Positions 35,001 through 50,000 of a stretch of DNA of 64,000 bases are shown piece by piece. Source of the stretch: Leucoraja erinacea (Eukaryota); contig NC_073382.1 of the NCBI RefSeq assembly GCF_028641065.1, positions 59,210,001 to 59,274,000 on the forward strand, in the 5' to 3' direction. Under the pieces are notes generated by a model, which was given only the letters and a program-made list of their open reading frames with translations, did no database searches and was not told where the DNA came from. Position 1 is the stretch's first letter; every line of letters starts with the position of its first letter. The translations under genes were made by a program, and so were the position numbers.

Positions 35001-38000
35001 AGCTGACAATGAAATGGATTGGAAAATGAAATTTATTGTAAAGATGGATGTTAAGTTTGGTGAAAAGTAATAGCTTTTGAAAATCATTTGAATTGAGGAA
35101 GGCTATAGTTTATCCATAAGAGACTCAAACCTAGGAGGGTGACACCGGAAAATAGGAGTTTGCAAACCCCTGTTAATATACTAAAATGTTTTAGCAAACT
35201 TTACGAGAAAATTATCATCAAAATTTGGCACCAAACCACAGTGTATCATTTTTAGAGCAATTGGCTGAAAACTTGATCAAGGGTCATGGGGGAGCTAGAG
35301 AGTCAGAGATTTGTGGAGGGAATTTGAGAATTTAGTGAGTCTACTTGTGGCAGAGTGATTTATATTTCAGCAAATAGAATAGAAGAGACCACTTGTTGAA
35401 ATTGTAGCAACCCAGTGTTTGCATGGAAGGTTGTAGATTGAATTTGAATTTGCTGAGTACTCTTCATGACCTCGGAACAAACAAAAATCCTAAATCTTTG
35501 AGCAACAAGGACTTTAGAGAGGAAGAAAACAAAATCAAAATATCCTTTGATACATAGATGCTAAAAAAAATTGCCGTACAACAAATTTAGTGGTTTTGAA
35601 ATGTAGGCACAGCACAAATTGCAAACCACTCAATACTTGAGGGTAATGAATGTTTTAGTATTTCAGAAAGCTCTGAATGAAAATTGAAGCAGTGTGAGAT
35701 GTTGATCGTATTAGTGTAACTTGAAGTTTAAAAAATAAATCACGATTATCAGAATACCTGGAGTGAGGTAACTGCATCATGTTGAGTACGTGATTCAGAC
35801 TGTAGAGATTAGACAACTTACTGAATTTAAATGTCAGCTTATTAAGGAAAACAGATGGATGCATAGTGAGTCAGGATTTAAGGTCGTAGAATTAGGAGTA
35901 GAAGTAGAATTAGGCCATTCGGCCCATCAAATCTACTCCGCCATTTGATTATGGCTGATCTATCTCTCCCTCCTTACCCCATTCTCCTGCCTTTCCCCTA
36001 TAACCCCCGACAGCCATACTAATCAAGACTATTTATTCCTCTGGAAGAAAAAAGGGAAATTTCAGAGTTGGGGTTTATGGGACAACAAGGAGTCTCATGA
36101 AATATCCCCCATAACGTCGTTGGCTACATTCAATGTGCAATGTAAGTTGGATCAATAAATACATTTGTCAAAATTAATTTAAAAGTACAACTTGGAAAAT
36201 AATTCAGAAGGAATTAAATTTGAATGTTGAATTTGTACCTCAAATCAAACTGAACTTCAAATTCCTGGGTGTACACATTTCCGAAGATCTTTCCTGGTCC
36301 CAGCTGATGCAATTATAAATAAAGCACATCAGCGCCTCTACTTCCCGATAAGATTACGGAGAGTCGGTATGTCAAAGAGGACTCTCTGGAACTTCTACAG
36401 GTGCACAGTAGAGAGCATGCTGACTGGTTGCATCGTTGCTTGGTTCGGCAACTTGAGCGTCCAGGAGCGGAAAAGAATGCCGAAAGTTGTGACCACTGCC
36501 CAGTCCACCATTGGCTCTGACCTCCGTACCATCGAAGGGATCTATCGCAGTCGCTGTCTCAAAAGGGCTGCCAACATCATCAAGGACCCACACAAGCCCG
36601 GCCATGCACTCATCTCTCCGCTACCATCGGTTAGAAGGTACAGGAGCCTGAAAACTGGTACATCCAGGTTCAGGAACAGCTTCTTCCCCACAGCCACAGG
36701 CTATTAAACTCGCCAACAAACAGACTCTGAACTGTAACAGCCTATTGCACGTTATCTGTTTATTTATGCGTGTGTGTGTATGTATATATATATATATATA
36801 TATATGGTCTATGCTATATAGACACACTGAACTGTTCTGTATTATGCTTACTATATTCTGTTGTGCTGCAGCAAGCAAGAATTTCATTGTCCTATCTGGA
36901 ACACATGACAATAAACTCTCTTGACTTGATTGTTGAGGCCAGTTCTACAGTGACCATCTTAGGGCGTCTTTAAAACTTTTGAACTATTGGATGGAGAATA
37001 TCTGCACGAGTAGATTATAATTAAGTCTGTTATCCATACCCCAAGAGGAAGAACAAGTATTGTTCTAATATGTGAAAAATGGAATAACGGGTAAGAACAG
37101 AACGTTTCCATTTTTGCCTTCTAGGAAAGCCTGTAGCTGTTACCCACAACAGAGGTCATGGTCGAGTGTCCGTCCGACCAAGTGCTAACCCACAGTTTGA
37201 AATGCAATATTACCAGAAGAAGATGATAAATGACAAAATGGGTAAGGATTTAATATTGCCATAATATGTATTTCTCTTGTAAAAGTGTCTAGCTTTCAAT
37301 TTGTGTGAACGCCACATTCTGGAATTTCTGATTGCTTCATTCTTCATGGAAGTAATTGTAGTATTGAGTAATTTTTAAGGGTTAATTTCAAAATGAAACT
37401 ATTCGAAGCTCTTTAAAAATAAAAGCACAGGAGGCAAAGAAACTAATGAGTTAGACACTAAACTAATTTTCTCAAAGACAATAATTAATTCATTATCCCA
37501 CCTCCTTAATTGATAACAGCTCTCAATCTGAGAAGTTTTATATTTACTACAATGGCAAATTGCCACTAGCGAGTTTGGAGCCCATGCTACAATTTGCCTG
37601 AGTTCTGTTTCTATTTTTTCATGAAAATCAGCTGGAATGTATAATAGGTAGAGATTCATCATTATCTATTTTTAAGCTACTGCACAAATTAAATGTAAAC
37701 AACTTTGCACTAACAGTATCCTCGTGCAGTTTGCTCAATATGAGTGTTCTAGCATTGATATTCTCTCCTTCCCCGTCTCCAAGCAAGTTATGAACATAGG
37801 GAGATAAAACCAGACACTTGACTATTGAACATGTGTGTGCTGAACCATGCATCCACCAGCACCAATTCTTCTGCACTAACATTCCAGCTACAGTTGTTGC
37901 ATAAATAAAAAAGTATGCATGGTCCTTGAGAAATGCTTAACAGCTTAATTTAATAATACTGAAACAATTCAGCTTGAGTGGCCCAGGCTAAAAATCCCAA

Positions 38001-41000
38001 ATTGCAGGATATTGCTGCTGATTTTTGAATAAAATAAATAAATGAGTGCCTTCATGTGGAAGGTACATTGACTAAATTTGTTCAACAATATTAACACGCG
38101 GAGGCTAATGTCAGTGTGATTATTATTTGCATTTACTTCCTTTATGTTCTACATTTATTTGTGGGGATTTAATATACCATAAAAGAGGGAAATGAAAAAA
38201 AAAAATAGTGCCAGATTTACAGTGATAATTTCATTGTTTTTATAGAAGAGAAAAAAGTGTCCGATAAAGTAGATGGCAACGTCTGGGAGAATGCAAATCC
38301 TGCCTCTGTGAATGGTATTAACATGGATCTGATGGCCTTATCAATGGCAGAAATTGCATCTTGTAGTTATGAAGCTAGGTAAATAAAAATATCTGATTTT
38401 CAAGATAATTTTAAAATAGAATAAAAGGTTTATGCATTTCGTATAGTGTTTGTTGCGCCTGATTTATTTAAGTCTTGTTTATTGTCAGCAAGGACACTTT
38501 ATAAATGTTGTGATTAATTCAGGAGCTATTTATAAAAATCCCATCTGCTGATATTAAATCTGAGCCCGTGGCAGTAGCTTTATGATGATCCAGTGGGATA
38601 TCCTAAGAGTGATCAAAAACATGTAATTAGCTAGTCAGTCAGCTAAGAAAAAGAGGCTGTTCTGCTTCAGGCTCAGTGGGCCAGCTGTTTATTTAGCTGC
38701 CTGACTGACTGACAACAACATGGACTCTTCAAGTTTGGCTTTCAAAATTGAATATTCCCACCTTACTAAATCTTCTATTTAATTTGGCCATTAAGATGTG
38801 TTGTGAATTTTGAATGTAATTGGTTTTATGTCATTTCTTGACAGACAGACTGGTATTAAGAATGGCATGTTTTACGGACAAGCAAAACAGTTATGCCCTG
38901 ATCTTCAGGCTGTTAGCTACAACTTCAAAGCTTACAAAGAAGTGGCGTCAATTATGTATGAAACCTTAGCGAGGTAATTTAGCTTATTGTATATAACATT
39001 AATGCAATTCATAATTATATCAATGCATTGTTTTATAAAGTAATCTAAATACATAATTAAAACAAGGGAACTGAGTTTGTGTTAATTACTTATAATTGCA
39101 TTCTGCAAAAGTAGTTATTTCTGACAGCTCAATGTAAGTACCAGATAGATATTTACCAATATGTGCAATATGGATAACACAACACTTGTCTGTGCGCAGT
39201 ATGCTAAACTTTAAAGCAAAATAACAAAGGATAACCAATCCTGAACTTGGAAAGTACTCAATTCAGCACTCAACCACTAAGAAGGTTTCACACTTGGAAT
39301 TGTAAAGTCAGCTCATGTTTGACGACTTTTGTTTATGAATACATGAACGGTAGGATTAAGTAGAAGCACGTATACAATATTTCAGAAGAGTCAACAATTT
39401 GGCTCAGGAGATAATATAACCAAATTGGTAAAAAGTCAGTTAATGAACATGAAAGGAAGACTAAATGGATTGCAATTGCAGAACAAGGATTCAACTCTGT
39501 AAATCCTCCATCATTCGGTTAGATTATGGTTACTTTGTATTTCTACCCCAATTATCCACCTTGATTACTCATCTCTTGATACCCTCACAGAATGTCACAG
39601 AGTAAAACTATCATACTTGGTTTTAACGTTTTCAATTGACCTCGCCTTGACCTTTACCAAGAAAAATCCAGATTTTCCTTTTTTTGAGAAGAGAAGCCTG
39701 CTGAATTTGTTGCTGAATGGTTGATCTCAAACTCAGTTGTTATCCCTTACTGTTCTGAACTGCCCCACAGGAAGAAATCTTTTCCCTCCTACCTTATCAA
39801 ATAATAATTAATCATAATTACCTTACGTATATCCTCATTTGAGAAGGTTTTGAAGTTTATCTGTGCGTGAATGCGGAGTCCACTTTAATTTGACAGATAT
39901 CAGGAAACAATATGTCAACACACAAAATAGGTTTAATTTGGCACACCAGTAGAAAATACTTCAAGATTTCAAGAAAGTACAGCAAGTCAAATGAACAAAG
40001 AAGTGACAGATGATAAATTAGGAAGAATAAGAGTTGGGTGATACAGTGCCATCCATAATGTTTGGGACAAAGACCCATCATTTATTTATTTGCCTCTGTT
40101 CTCCACAATTTGAGATTTGTGATAGAAAAAAATCACGTGGTTAAAGTGCACATTGTCAGATTTTATTAAAGGCCATTTTTAGACATTTTGATTTCACCAT
40201 ATAGAAATTACAGCTGTGTTTAAACAAAGTCCCCCCATTTCAGGGCACCATAATGTTTAGGACACATGGTTTCACAAGCATTTGTAATTGCTCAGGTGTG
40301 TTTAATTGCCTCCTTAATGCAGGTACAAGAGAGCTCTCAGCACCTAGTCTTTCCTCCAGTCTTTCCATCACCTTTGAAAACTTTTATTGCTATTTATCAA
40401 CATGAGGACCAAAGTTGTGCCAATGAAAGCCAAAGAAGCCATTATGAGACTGAGAAACAAGAATAAAACTGTTAGAGACATCAGCCAAACTTTAGGCTTC
40501 CCAAAATCAACTGTTTGGAACATCATTGAGAAGAAAGAGAACACTGGTGAGCTTACTAATCACAAAGGGACTGGCAGGCCAAGGAAGACCTTCACAGCTG
40601 ATGACAGAAGAATTCTCTCTATAATAAAGAAAAATCCCCAAACACCTGTCTGACAGATCAGAAACACTCTTCAGGAGTCAGGTGTGGATTTGTCAATGAC
40701 CACTGTCTGCAGAAGACTTCATGAACAGAAATTCAGATGCTACACTGCAAGATGTAAACCACTGGTTAGCCGCAAAAATAGGATGGCCAGGTTACAGGTT
40801 GCCAAGAAGTACTTAAAAGAGCAACCATAATTCTGGGAAAAGGTCTTATGGACAGATGAGATGAAGATTAACTTATATCAGAGTGAAGGCAAGAGCAAAG
40901 TATGGTGGGGAGAAGGAACTGCCCAAGATCAAAAGCATACCACCTCATCTGTGAAACACGGTTATGGCCTGAGCATGTATGGCTGCTGATGGTACTGGCT

Positions 41001-44000
41001 CACTTATCTTCATTGATGATACAACTGCTGATGGGAGTAGCATAATGAATTCTGGTGTATAGACGCATCCTATCTGCTCAAGTTCAAACAAATGCCTCAA
41101 AACTCATTGGCTGGCTGTTCTTTCTACAGCAAGACAATGATCCCAAACTTACTGCTAAAGCCCAAAGGAGTTTTTCAAAGCAAAAAATGGTAAATTCTTG
41201 AGTGGCTAAGTCAATCACCTGATCTGAACCCAATTAAGCATGCCTTTTATATGCTGAAGAGAAAACTGAAGGACTAGCCCCCAAAACAAGCATAAGCTAA
41301 AGATGGCTGTAATACAGGCCTTGCAGAGCATAACAGATAAGACTCCCAGCATCCAGTGATGTCCATGAATTGCAGATTTCAAGCATTCATTGCGTGCAAA
41401 GGATATGCAACAAAATACTAAACATAACTACTTTTGTTTACATGACATTGCTGTGTCCCAAACATTATGGTGCTCTGAAATGAGGGGACTATGTTTAAAC
41501 ACTGCTGTAATTTCTACATGGTGTAACCGAAATGTATAAAAATGGCCTTTATTAAAATCTGACAATCTGCACTTTAACCACATGTGATTTTTTCTATTAC
41601 AAATCTCATATTGTGGAGTGCAGAGACAAATTAATAAATGATGGGTCTTTGTCCCAAACTTTATGGAGGGCACTGTATATCTTTATCGATCGATCGTTTT
41701 AGGCGTTTGTGAATCTCCTCCGAAATTTGCCAAAATTTTTTACATATTCCGTCCGGTAGGGTTTTTCCTCCTCTTAATGTTTGTAATATTAGAACATTCA
41801 CTTCAACCTTAGTGTGCGTGTGAAGCCGCAGCACCCCCACCCCCCAACCGCGTGTTGGGGGAGCAGACCCAGCGGGTCTGCACTTTGTTTAGTGTATATT
41901 TAAAACTCTCGTGTTGGTTCCTACGGGTTCTTTTTCGCGAATATTCGTTATAGGCGTTTGTGAATCTCCTCCGAAATTTGCAAAAACGGAACAATTTTTA
42001 CATATTCTGGTAGGATTTTTCCTCCTCCTCTTAATGCTTGGAAAATTTGAACATTCGGTTCAACCTTTCCCTGCTTTTTCGGTAATAAAAATTTCAAATT
42101 GTTAAAAAAAAAATCAAACTGCTTCTCGCCCATAGAATGTTGACGAACGTTCCATCGTGATGTCACAATGCCCAATGCTCACAGATGTCCAATCGCAATG
42201 GATCTCATTTACATATGCCTTTGCTCCAGCCCCCGCCCCCCGCCGCCTGTGTTGAAGTGCGTGATCAAGTGATCAACATAACGGCCGTTGAGACTCTCTC
42301 CGCCCACAACCCGCCCCAAAACACAGGTTTTATAAGCATCTAAGTATTAAAACTCTACCCCCTCCCTCCCTCCTTCCTCCTACAAGTTCTCCAGATCCGG
42401 AGGTCACCGGGGACAGGGGAGATCCCGGAGAGGTGAAAAGGGGGAGTGGGGGGTTTGAGGGAGAGGAGGGAGTAGGGAGGGAGAGGGGGGAATGGGGGAG
42501 ATGAGGAGGGAGAGTGTAGGAATAGAAGGAGAGGGAATGGGGAATTGATGGACTGCCGCTAACCCCTCTCCCCCTCCCTCCCCGCCCGCCCTCCCCCCCC
42601 CACACCTCTCTGCCCCCTCTCCTCCCCTCTCCCTCTCCTCTCATCCCCATCCCCCACCCCCCTCTTCCCACCCCCCCTACCCTCTCTCCCCCACCTCTTC
42701 CACCACTTCCCCTACCCCCCTCTCCCCCTCCCCACCCCACTCTTCCACTTCTCTCTTCCCCCCCCCACTCCCTGCCCCACTCTCTCTCCCCCCCCTCTCC
42801 CTCCCCCCTCCCTCCCCACTCTTACCCTCCCCCCCTCCACACACACTCCCCCCTCTCTCCCCTTTACCCCTCTCTCTACCATTCCCCATCCCTCCACACT
42901 ACCCCTTCCCCCACCCTTCCCTCTCCCCCTCTCCCCTCCCCTCCCCTCCCCACTCTTACCCTCTCCCCCTACCTCCCCACTCTTCCCCCTCTACCCCTCT
43001 CCCCCTCCTCAACACTCAACACTCTACCCCCCCTCTCTCCCCACTCCTCCCCCACCCCTCTCCTCTCCCCCCCCCTCCCTCTCTTACCCCTCCTCCTCCC
43101 CCTCTCCCCCCACCCTTCTCTACCCCCCCCCTCACCAACCCCTCTCCCCCCCATCTCTCTCTCTCCCTCCTCTCCCCCTCTCTTCCCTATTCTCCTCACC
43201 CCTCTCTCCTCATCCCTCTCTCCTCCTCACCCTCCCTCGTCTCCCCTCTCCCCCCTCTCCCCCCCTCCTCCTCTCCAACCCCTCTCCCCATCTCCTCCCT
43301 CCAACCCCTCCCCCCCTCCAACACCCCTCTCCCCCCCTCCAACCCCTCCCCCAACCCCCCCTCCCCTCTTCCAACCCCCCTCCCCCCCTCCAACTCCCCC
43401 CCCCTCCAACTCCCCCCTCCCCTCTCCAACCCCCTCTCCCCTCCAACCCCCTCTCTCCCCTCCTCCAACTCCCTCTCCCCTCCTCCAACCCCCTCTCCCC
43501 TCCTCCAACCCTCTCTCCCCTCCTCCTACCTCCCCTCCCTCCCCCCCCCCCCCCCTCTCTCCCCCCATCTCCCCATCTCTCCCCCTCTACTCTCTTGCCT
43601 CCTCCCCCCCTCTCTCTCTCCCTCCTCCCCTCTCTCTCCCCCCTTTCTCCCCCCCCTTTCCCCCTCCTATCCCCCTCTCCTCCCCTATGTAGTTAGAGTG
43701 TTTGTGAAGCCGCACCTGCTCGAATGTTCTGTAAAAAGCAGGATATGGAATGTGCAGTTAATGGCATGAAGCTGAAGAGTGTGAATGAACAGTGATTCCC
43801 GTGAGTTCATTTACATAAGTCACAAAAGCTGTAAGCAATGCAAGAGCTTTATTGAATTTGGTGGCTTAATAGATGAGCATAAATTAAGTATTCAAAGGTT
43901 TGGTTTGGCCAGAATTGGTGTCTTGCACACAATTCAACACTATCATGTCTGTTTGAATGAATGCATTCAATTTATTATAGGCTTTCACCAGTTCTCCAAC

Positions 44001-47000
44001 TCAGGCGGTAGTGTTTTTTTCTTATTTATTCCAAGGGAAGCCTTGAAGATTACAAGACCTTACGTCTTAAGTATTAATTTATCGTGATTTACACATTGTA
44101 CCCTTTATCTTTACACAGCGGTCGGCTTGATTGTAATCATGTCTAGTCTTTGACTGGATAGCAGGCAACAGAGGCTTTTCAATGTACCGCTGTACATGTC
44201 ACAATAATAAACTAAACATTTATATAGTGATTAAGAAATATCTAAATGTTTCTAAAATATAGAATATTTCAACTAATTAAGTACTTTGAGGTGTATTCTG
44301 TAGTAATTTGATGTGTATGGTAAATGGACTGAATAATATTTTTAATGTTGTGTTTATAATGTTGGAAATTAAATATAATCACTGGTGACAACCATTTACC
44401 ACAATCAAGAATAGTCGATCAATTGTGGTACTGTCATGATATGTTCACAACGAATTTACTTGTATCCTTGAAAAGCCATAAATTGCTCAGATTGGCCTGC
44501 TTTTCTGGCTAAGACAATCCATCTGGTGGGAAATATTGAAGGCATAGACATAAAGTGCTGGAGTAACTCAGTGGGACAAGCAGCACCCCAGGAGAAAAAG
44601 GACGTGAAATATTGTCAGTTTTGTACAATGGATTTTGACTAATAAGCATTGAATAGAATTGAATAAGAATTGACTTCAAAATTTGATGGTCAAAAGAAAC
44701 TTTCGATCGAATGGTTTCGATTATGAGCATGATTCTGGCATAAAAAAAACATGCACCATCGTCCTATATATTTAAAAAAAAACAACCAATACAGTATTTG
44801 CACCAATTCATATATCTTGTTCTTCTCTGCATTTAGCTACACTTATGATATTGAAGCTGTCAGTTGTGATGAAGCTCTTGTGGACATATCACCAATCTGT
44901 GCAGAAACTGGTTTGACACCTGATGCGATAGCAACTGTTATTCGATCAGAGATTAAGGAAAAAACACAATGTACTGCATCAGCTGGAATGGGTATGTATC
45001 TAGGTAACAGAAATCAGACCTTTAAACTTTTCAATGGTAGACCTAAATATTTTTACAGTTTCTTATTTCCGAATAGGAAGATTATTTCAGGCAGTAGATT
45101 CAAAAATGTATCGGCCAGCGTAGTGGTGCAGTTGGTAGAACCGCACCTCGCAGCACTAGAAACCCGGGTTCGATCCTGACTTTGAGGGTCATCTGTTTTG
45201 AGTTCACATATTCTTCCTGTAACTATGTGGGACTCCACCCACATTCTGATGACATACGAGTGTGTAGGTTAATTGGTCTTTGTAAATTGCCCTTAGTGTA
45301 TAGACAGTGCATTGGCAACTCTTGAGCAAATGAAAGTCCACGTGCTCATCTGGGCAACAATCCATCATACGCAAGTAACATTTGCACTACAGAAATTGCA
45401 GGCAGTAACCATCTACAAAAAGATAACCACCCATCTGTGACATTCAAAGGTTTTAAAGGTCTTTTATTGTCACGTATACCAATTAAGATATAGTGATATT
45501 CGTTTTACCATAGAGCCACCTATCTATGATATAAAAGTGTGTGTGTGTGTCTGCCTGCCTGACTGACTTGTGGCTGCCAGCTTTTGATACGTTGCCACGC
45601 CAACGTCAGACGCAGAATCGCCGAGATTTTTTCCATTTTGGTAGAGATTTCACTTTTCATTCTAAGTATCCACTCCTGATTAAATGTTGTCGTGTTTATG
45701 TACACATTTTTAATAAAATCCTTCTCCCCCCCCTCCCCCAAAATTAAAAAAGAAAACCAGCTTCTCACCTATAACATGTTGGTGAACGTTCAATCGTGTG
45801 ATGTCACAATGCCCAATGCTCACAGATGTCCAATCGGAATGGATCATTTACATATGCCTTTGCAGCAGCCCCAGCCGCTCCCCCCCGCAGCCTGTGTCGA
45901 AGCGCGTCATCACGTGTGGGAATAGAGAAAGAGGATTGGGGGTGAAAGGGAATGGGGAACAGATGGACTGTCCCTAACCCTCCCCCTTTCACTACCCCTC
46001 CCCCCTATTTCCCCTCTCTCCCCCCCCCACCCCTCGCCCCCTCCCTCCACACTCTTCCCCCCCCACCCCTCTCCCCTCTCTCCCCCCCCTCCCTCTTCCC
46101 CTCCTCTCTCTCTCCCCCCTCTCTCCCCCTCCATCCCTCTCCCTCCCCCCCTCCCCATCCCTCTCTCCCCCCCCCCATCCCCTCTCCTCCCCATCCCCCC
46201 ATCCCCCTTCTCCTCTCCCCCCTCCCCCATCTCTCACTCCTCCCCTTCTCCATCTCCCTCCACGTCCCTCTACCTCTCCTCCCCTCCTCCTCCCACCCCA
46301 CCCCTCTCTCCCCCCCCCCTCCCCCCTTCCCTCTCCCCCCCCACTTCCCTCCCCCACCCCCCCCCCTCCCTCTCTCCCCCCCCCCCCTTCCGTCCCACGC
46401 CCCCTTCCCTCTCTCTCCCACACCCCCTCCCCTTCCCTCCCCACTCTTCCCCCTCCATCCACACTCTTCCCCTCTCTCTCCCCTACCCCATCTCCCTCCT
46501 CGTCTCCCTTCCCCATCACCCACCCCTCTCTCTCTCCCCCCTCCCCATCCCCCTCGCTCCCCTCTCTCCCCACCCCTTCCCCTACCCCCCGCTGTCCCTC
46601 TTCCACCACTCCACCACCCCTCTCTCATCCCCTCCCCACCCCACTCTCCTCCTCCCCTTCTCTTCTCTCTCCCCCCTCTCCATCTCCCTCTCTCCTCACC
46701 CCTCTCTCCCTCCTCCCCTCCCCCCCCCTTCTTCACCCCCATCTCCCCCCCACCCCCCTTCCCCTTTCTGTTGCACCCACTCCCCTCTACCCCTCTCCCA
46801 CCCCCCCCTACCCCCCCCCCCCCCCCCTTCCTGCCCTCCCCGCTCTCCTCCCACTACTCCTCCCACTCCCTCCTTCTTCCCATCCCCCTCTCTCTCTCTC
46901 TCCCCCCCCCCCCCCCCCCCCGCACCACAGCGGGTTCTCCACATTCCTCACTGTGATGGAAGGCAACGTCAAATCTTCTTCCCTCATTTTTCTCCCGCGG

Positions 47001-50000
47001 TCGGGGCATTCGAACCTTCCGTCGGTCGGGGCATTCGAACCTTCCGTCGGGGTGATCTAAGCCCCTGCGTTGGGGAGATCGAAGCACCCGCGTCGGGAAG
47101 ATCTAAGCACCCGCGTCGGGGAGATTGAAGCACCTGTGTCGGGGAGATCTAAGCCCCTGCGTCGGGACGATCGAAGCTCCCACGTCGGGGCGGTCGGAGG
47201 TCCCGCGTCGGGGCTCCTACGGCTTGTAGTTCCCAGTCGGACTCTAACCAGGGACTGTGAGCTCCACGATGTTAAGTCCGCAGGCTCCCGCGGTTGGAGC
47301 TCCCGAAGTCGGTCTCCAGCAAAGGCTACGTCAAAGTAGAAAAAGCAGCATACCAGAGGACTGGGAGAAATTCAGAGACCAGTAGAGGAGGACAAAGGGC
47401 TTAATTAGGAAAGGAAAAATAGATTATGAAAGAAAACTGGCAGGGAACATAAAAACTGACTGCCAAAGTTTTTATAGATATGTGAAAAGAAAGAGATTAG
47501 TTAAAACAAATGTAGGTCCCTTGCAGTCAGAAACAGGTGATTTGATCATGGGGAACAAGGATATGGCAGACCAATTGAATAACTACTTTGGTTCCGTCTT
47601 CACTAAGGAAGACATAAATAATATGCCGGAAATAGCAGGGGTCAAAGGAGTTGGAGGAATTGAGTGAAATCCAGGTTAGTCGGGAAGTGGTGTTGGGTAA
47701 ATTGAATGGATTAAAGGCCGATAAATCCCCAGGGCCAGATAGGCTGCATCCCAGAGTACTTAAGGAAGTAGCTCCAGAAATAGTGGATGCATTAGTAATA
47801 ATCTTTCAAAACTCTTTAGATTCTGTAGTAGTTCCTGAGGATTGGCGGGTAGCAAACATAACCCCACTTTTTAAATAGGGAGGGAGAAAGAAAACGGGAA
47901 ATTACAGACCAGTTAGTCTAACATCGGTAGTGGGGAAACTGCTAGAGTCAGTTATTAAACATAGAAACATAGAAATTAGGTGCAGGAGTAGGCCATTCGG
48001 CCCTTCGAGCCTGCACCGCCATTCAATATGATCATGGCTGATCATCCAACTCAGTATCCCGTACCTGCCTTCTCTCCATACCCTCTGATCCCCTTAGCCA
48101 CAAGGGCCACATCTAACTCCCTCTTAAATATAGCCAATGAACTGGCCTCGACTACCCTCTGTGGCAGAGAGTTCCAGAGATTCGCCACTCTCTGTGTGAA
48201 AAAAGTTCTTCTCATCTCAGTTTTAAAGGATTTCCCCCTTGTCCTTAAGCTGTGACCCCTTGTCCTGGACTTTCCCAACATCGGGAGCAATCTTCCTGCA
48301 TCTAGCCTGTCCAACCCCTTAAGAATTTTGTAAGTTTCTATAAGATCCCCTCTCAGTCTCCTAAATCGAGATAAAGGACTATATTTTAAAAAAAAATCCT
48401 TATTAGAGATACTTAAAACTAAAACAAAGTTGGACATTTACCAAACAATGAACAATTGATTCATTTGGTTCATGCACTTTTTCTTTCCTTTTAAAAAACA
48501 TAACTATGTACAATAAAACCAAGAACTCTTGAGTCAGTACAAGTTTACAGCAAATCCTTTCATTGATGATATTCACAGTTGGATCAGATGTATTAATTGC
48601 ACTGATGCATACGATTTATGGGTCTTTTTATGTAACTTTAAGGTTCGTCACCATAGGCTGTACTGTCCTTTGACTAAACTGGAAGGTACACTTAAGGATA
48701 TCAGTAGAAGATTTGAATTATTGAAATGGGGAGAATCTCTTGCTGCCTAGGATCATGCAATATCACTATTTGAGTGAGGTCCCAAAGCCTGTAAAAACAT
48801 ATAGTTGCAGGAAGAATTCATCTTTTTCCATGGAGAAATTAATGCATGGAAAATAAAGCCAGAAATTAAAATTCTAATTCTGGACATACTAATGCCACTG
48901 TGCTGCATTTAATAGGATCGAACATTCTGCTGGCCAGAATGGCCACTCGTAAGGCCAAACCAAATGGGCAGTATTATTTAAAATCGGAGGAGGTGGATGA
49001 CTTTATCAGAGATCAACTTGTAAGCAGTTTACCAGGTAAATCAGATTATTCATACGATGGTATTAACAATTAGCTTTATTTGAAAATGAAATTAAGTGCA
49101 CAGTGTTTTTTATGTAATGGCTCTCGTGGTTTAAGAATATCTCTTCACAGTTCAGAGCAACTGCAGGAAGTTCCCAAATTAAGGCTGGGTTCTGTTCCTG
49201 CGAATTATTCATAACCTGAACTGTTTGCAAATTGAAAATGAAAAAAAACAGTGTGTGCGGGGGAATCACAGAAGTAACTGTGACGGGGGAGTTAGCGAGC
49301 ATGGGAAGAGTAATTCAGGATGGGGGGGAAGGGGTGGGGAAGAAGGGGAAGGGAAGGCATGTAGGTGCCCCGCTTTCACACGGCAGAAGATGCCTGTAGC
49401 CACAGCAGGCAGAAAATCTATCCCCATCCTTCACACTATCTTCCAAACGATCGCTCTCATATATGGGGTATCCATACGTCAGGAATTCTTCACCAAAGAG
49501 TGGACTGTAAAGTACTTTTGAAGATGCAGCAATCAATTTACAGGTTACAACTTGCATTTATAGAAATCTGAAAGCAATGTCCTATAGGAAATATTGAACG
49601 AAACAAACTATTGTGTGCTTACGTAGAAGGCCAGGCAGCACCATTGAGTGAAGGGAGAATCATTGATCTGAAACATTAACTATTTCTGTCTCCACAAATG
49701 CTGCTTGACCCACTGTGTAATCCCAGTGGTATCTGTTTTATTGTATTACGTTATGATTTCAAGTAGTGAAATATCCACGGCACTTCATGAGAATGTTACC
49801 TAATAAAATTCAAAAACCCAGCCACATGTGAATTCTGAGACAGACAAATTAAGGTTTGGTCATTTATGGTGAATCTTATGCAGTTGTGAAAATGAAGGGA
49901 AAGTTATGGAAACTGAAGAAATCATGGAAAACCAAAAATTTAAGCCAATAATAAAAGTGCTAAGAGTGGAATGATTAAAATTGTGGATGTGCAAAGGCCT

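Noticed and set aside
45952-46956. 334-aa proline-rich ORF and the Gly/Glu/Arg-rich antisense ORFs (also 42330-43568)
   Set aside because: Artefacts of C/T low-complexity tracts.
47336-48365. Single CR1 with a twin-priming 5' inversion
   Set aside because: The two pieces meet at the tail of the minus-strand copy, which is the wrong geometry; two independent insertions are more likely.
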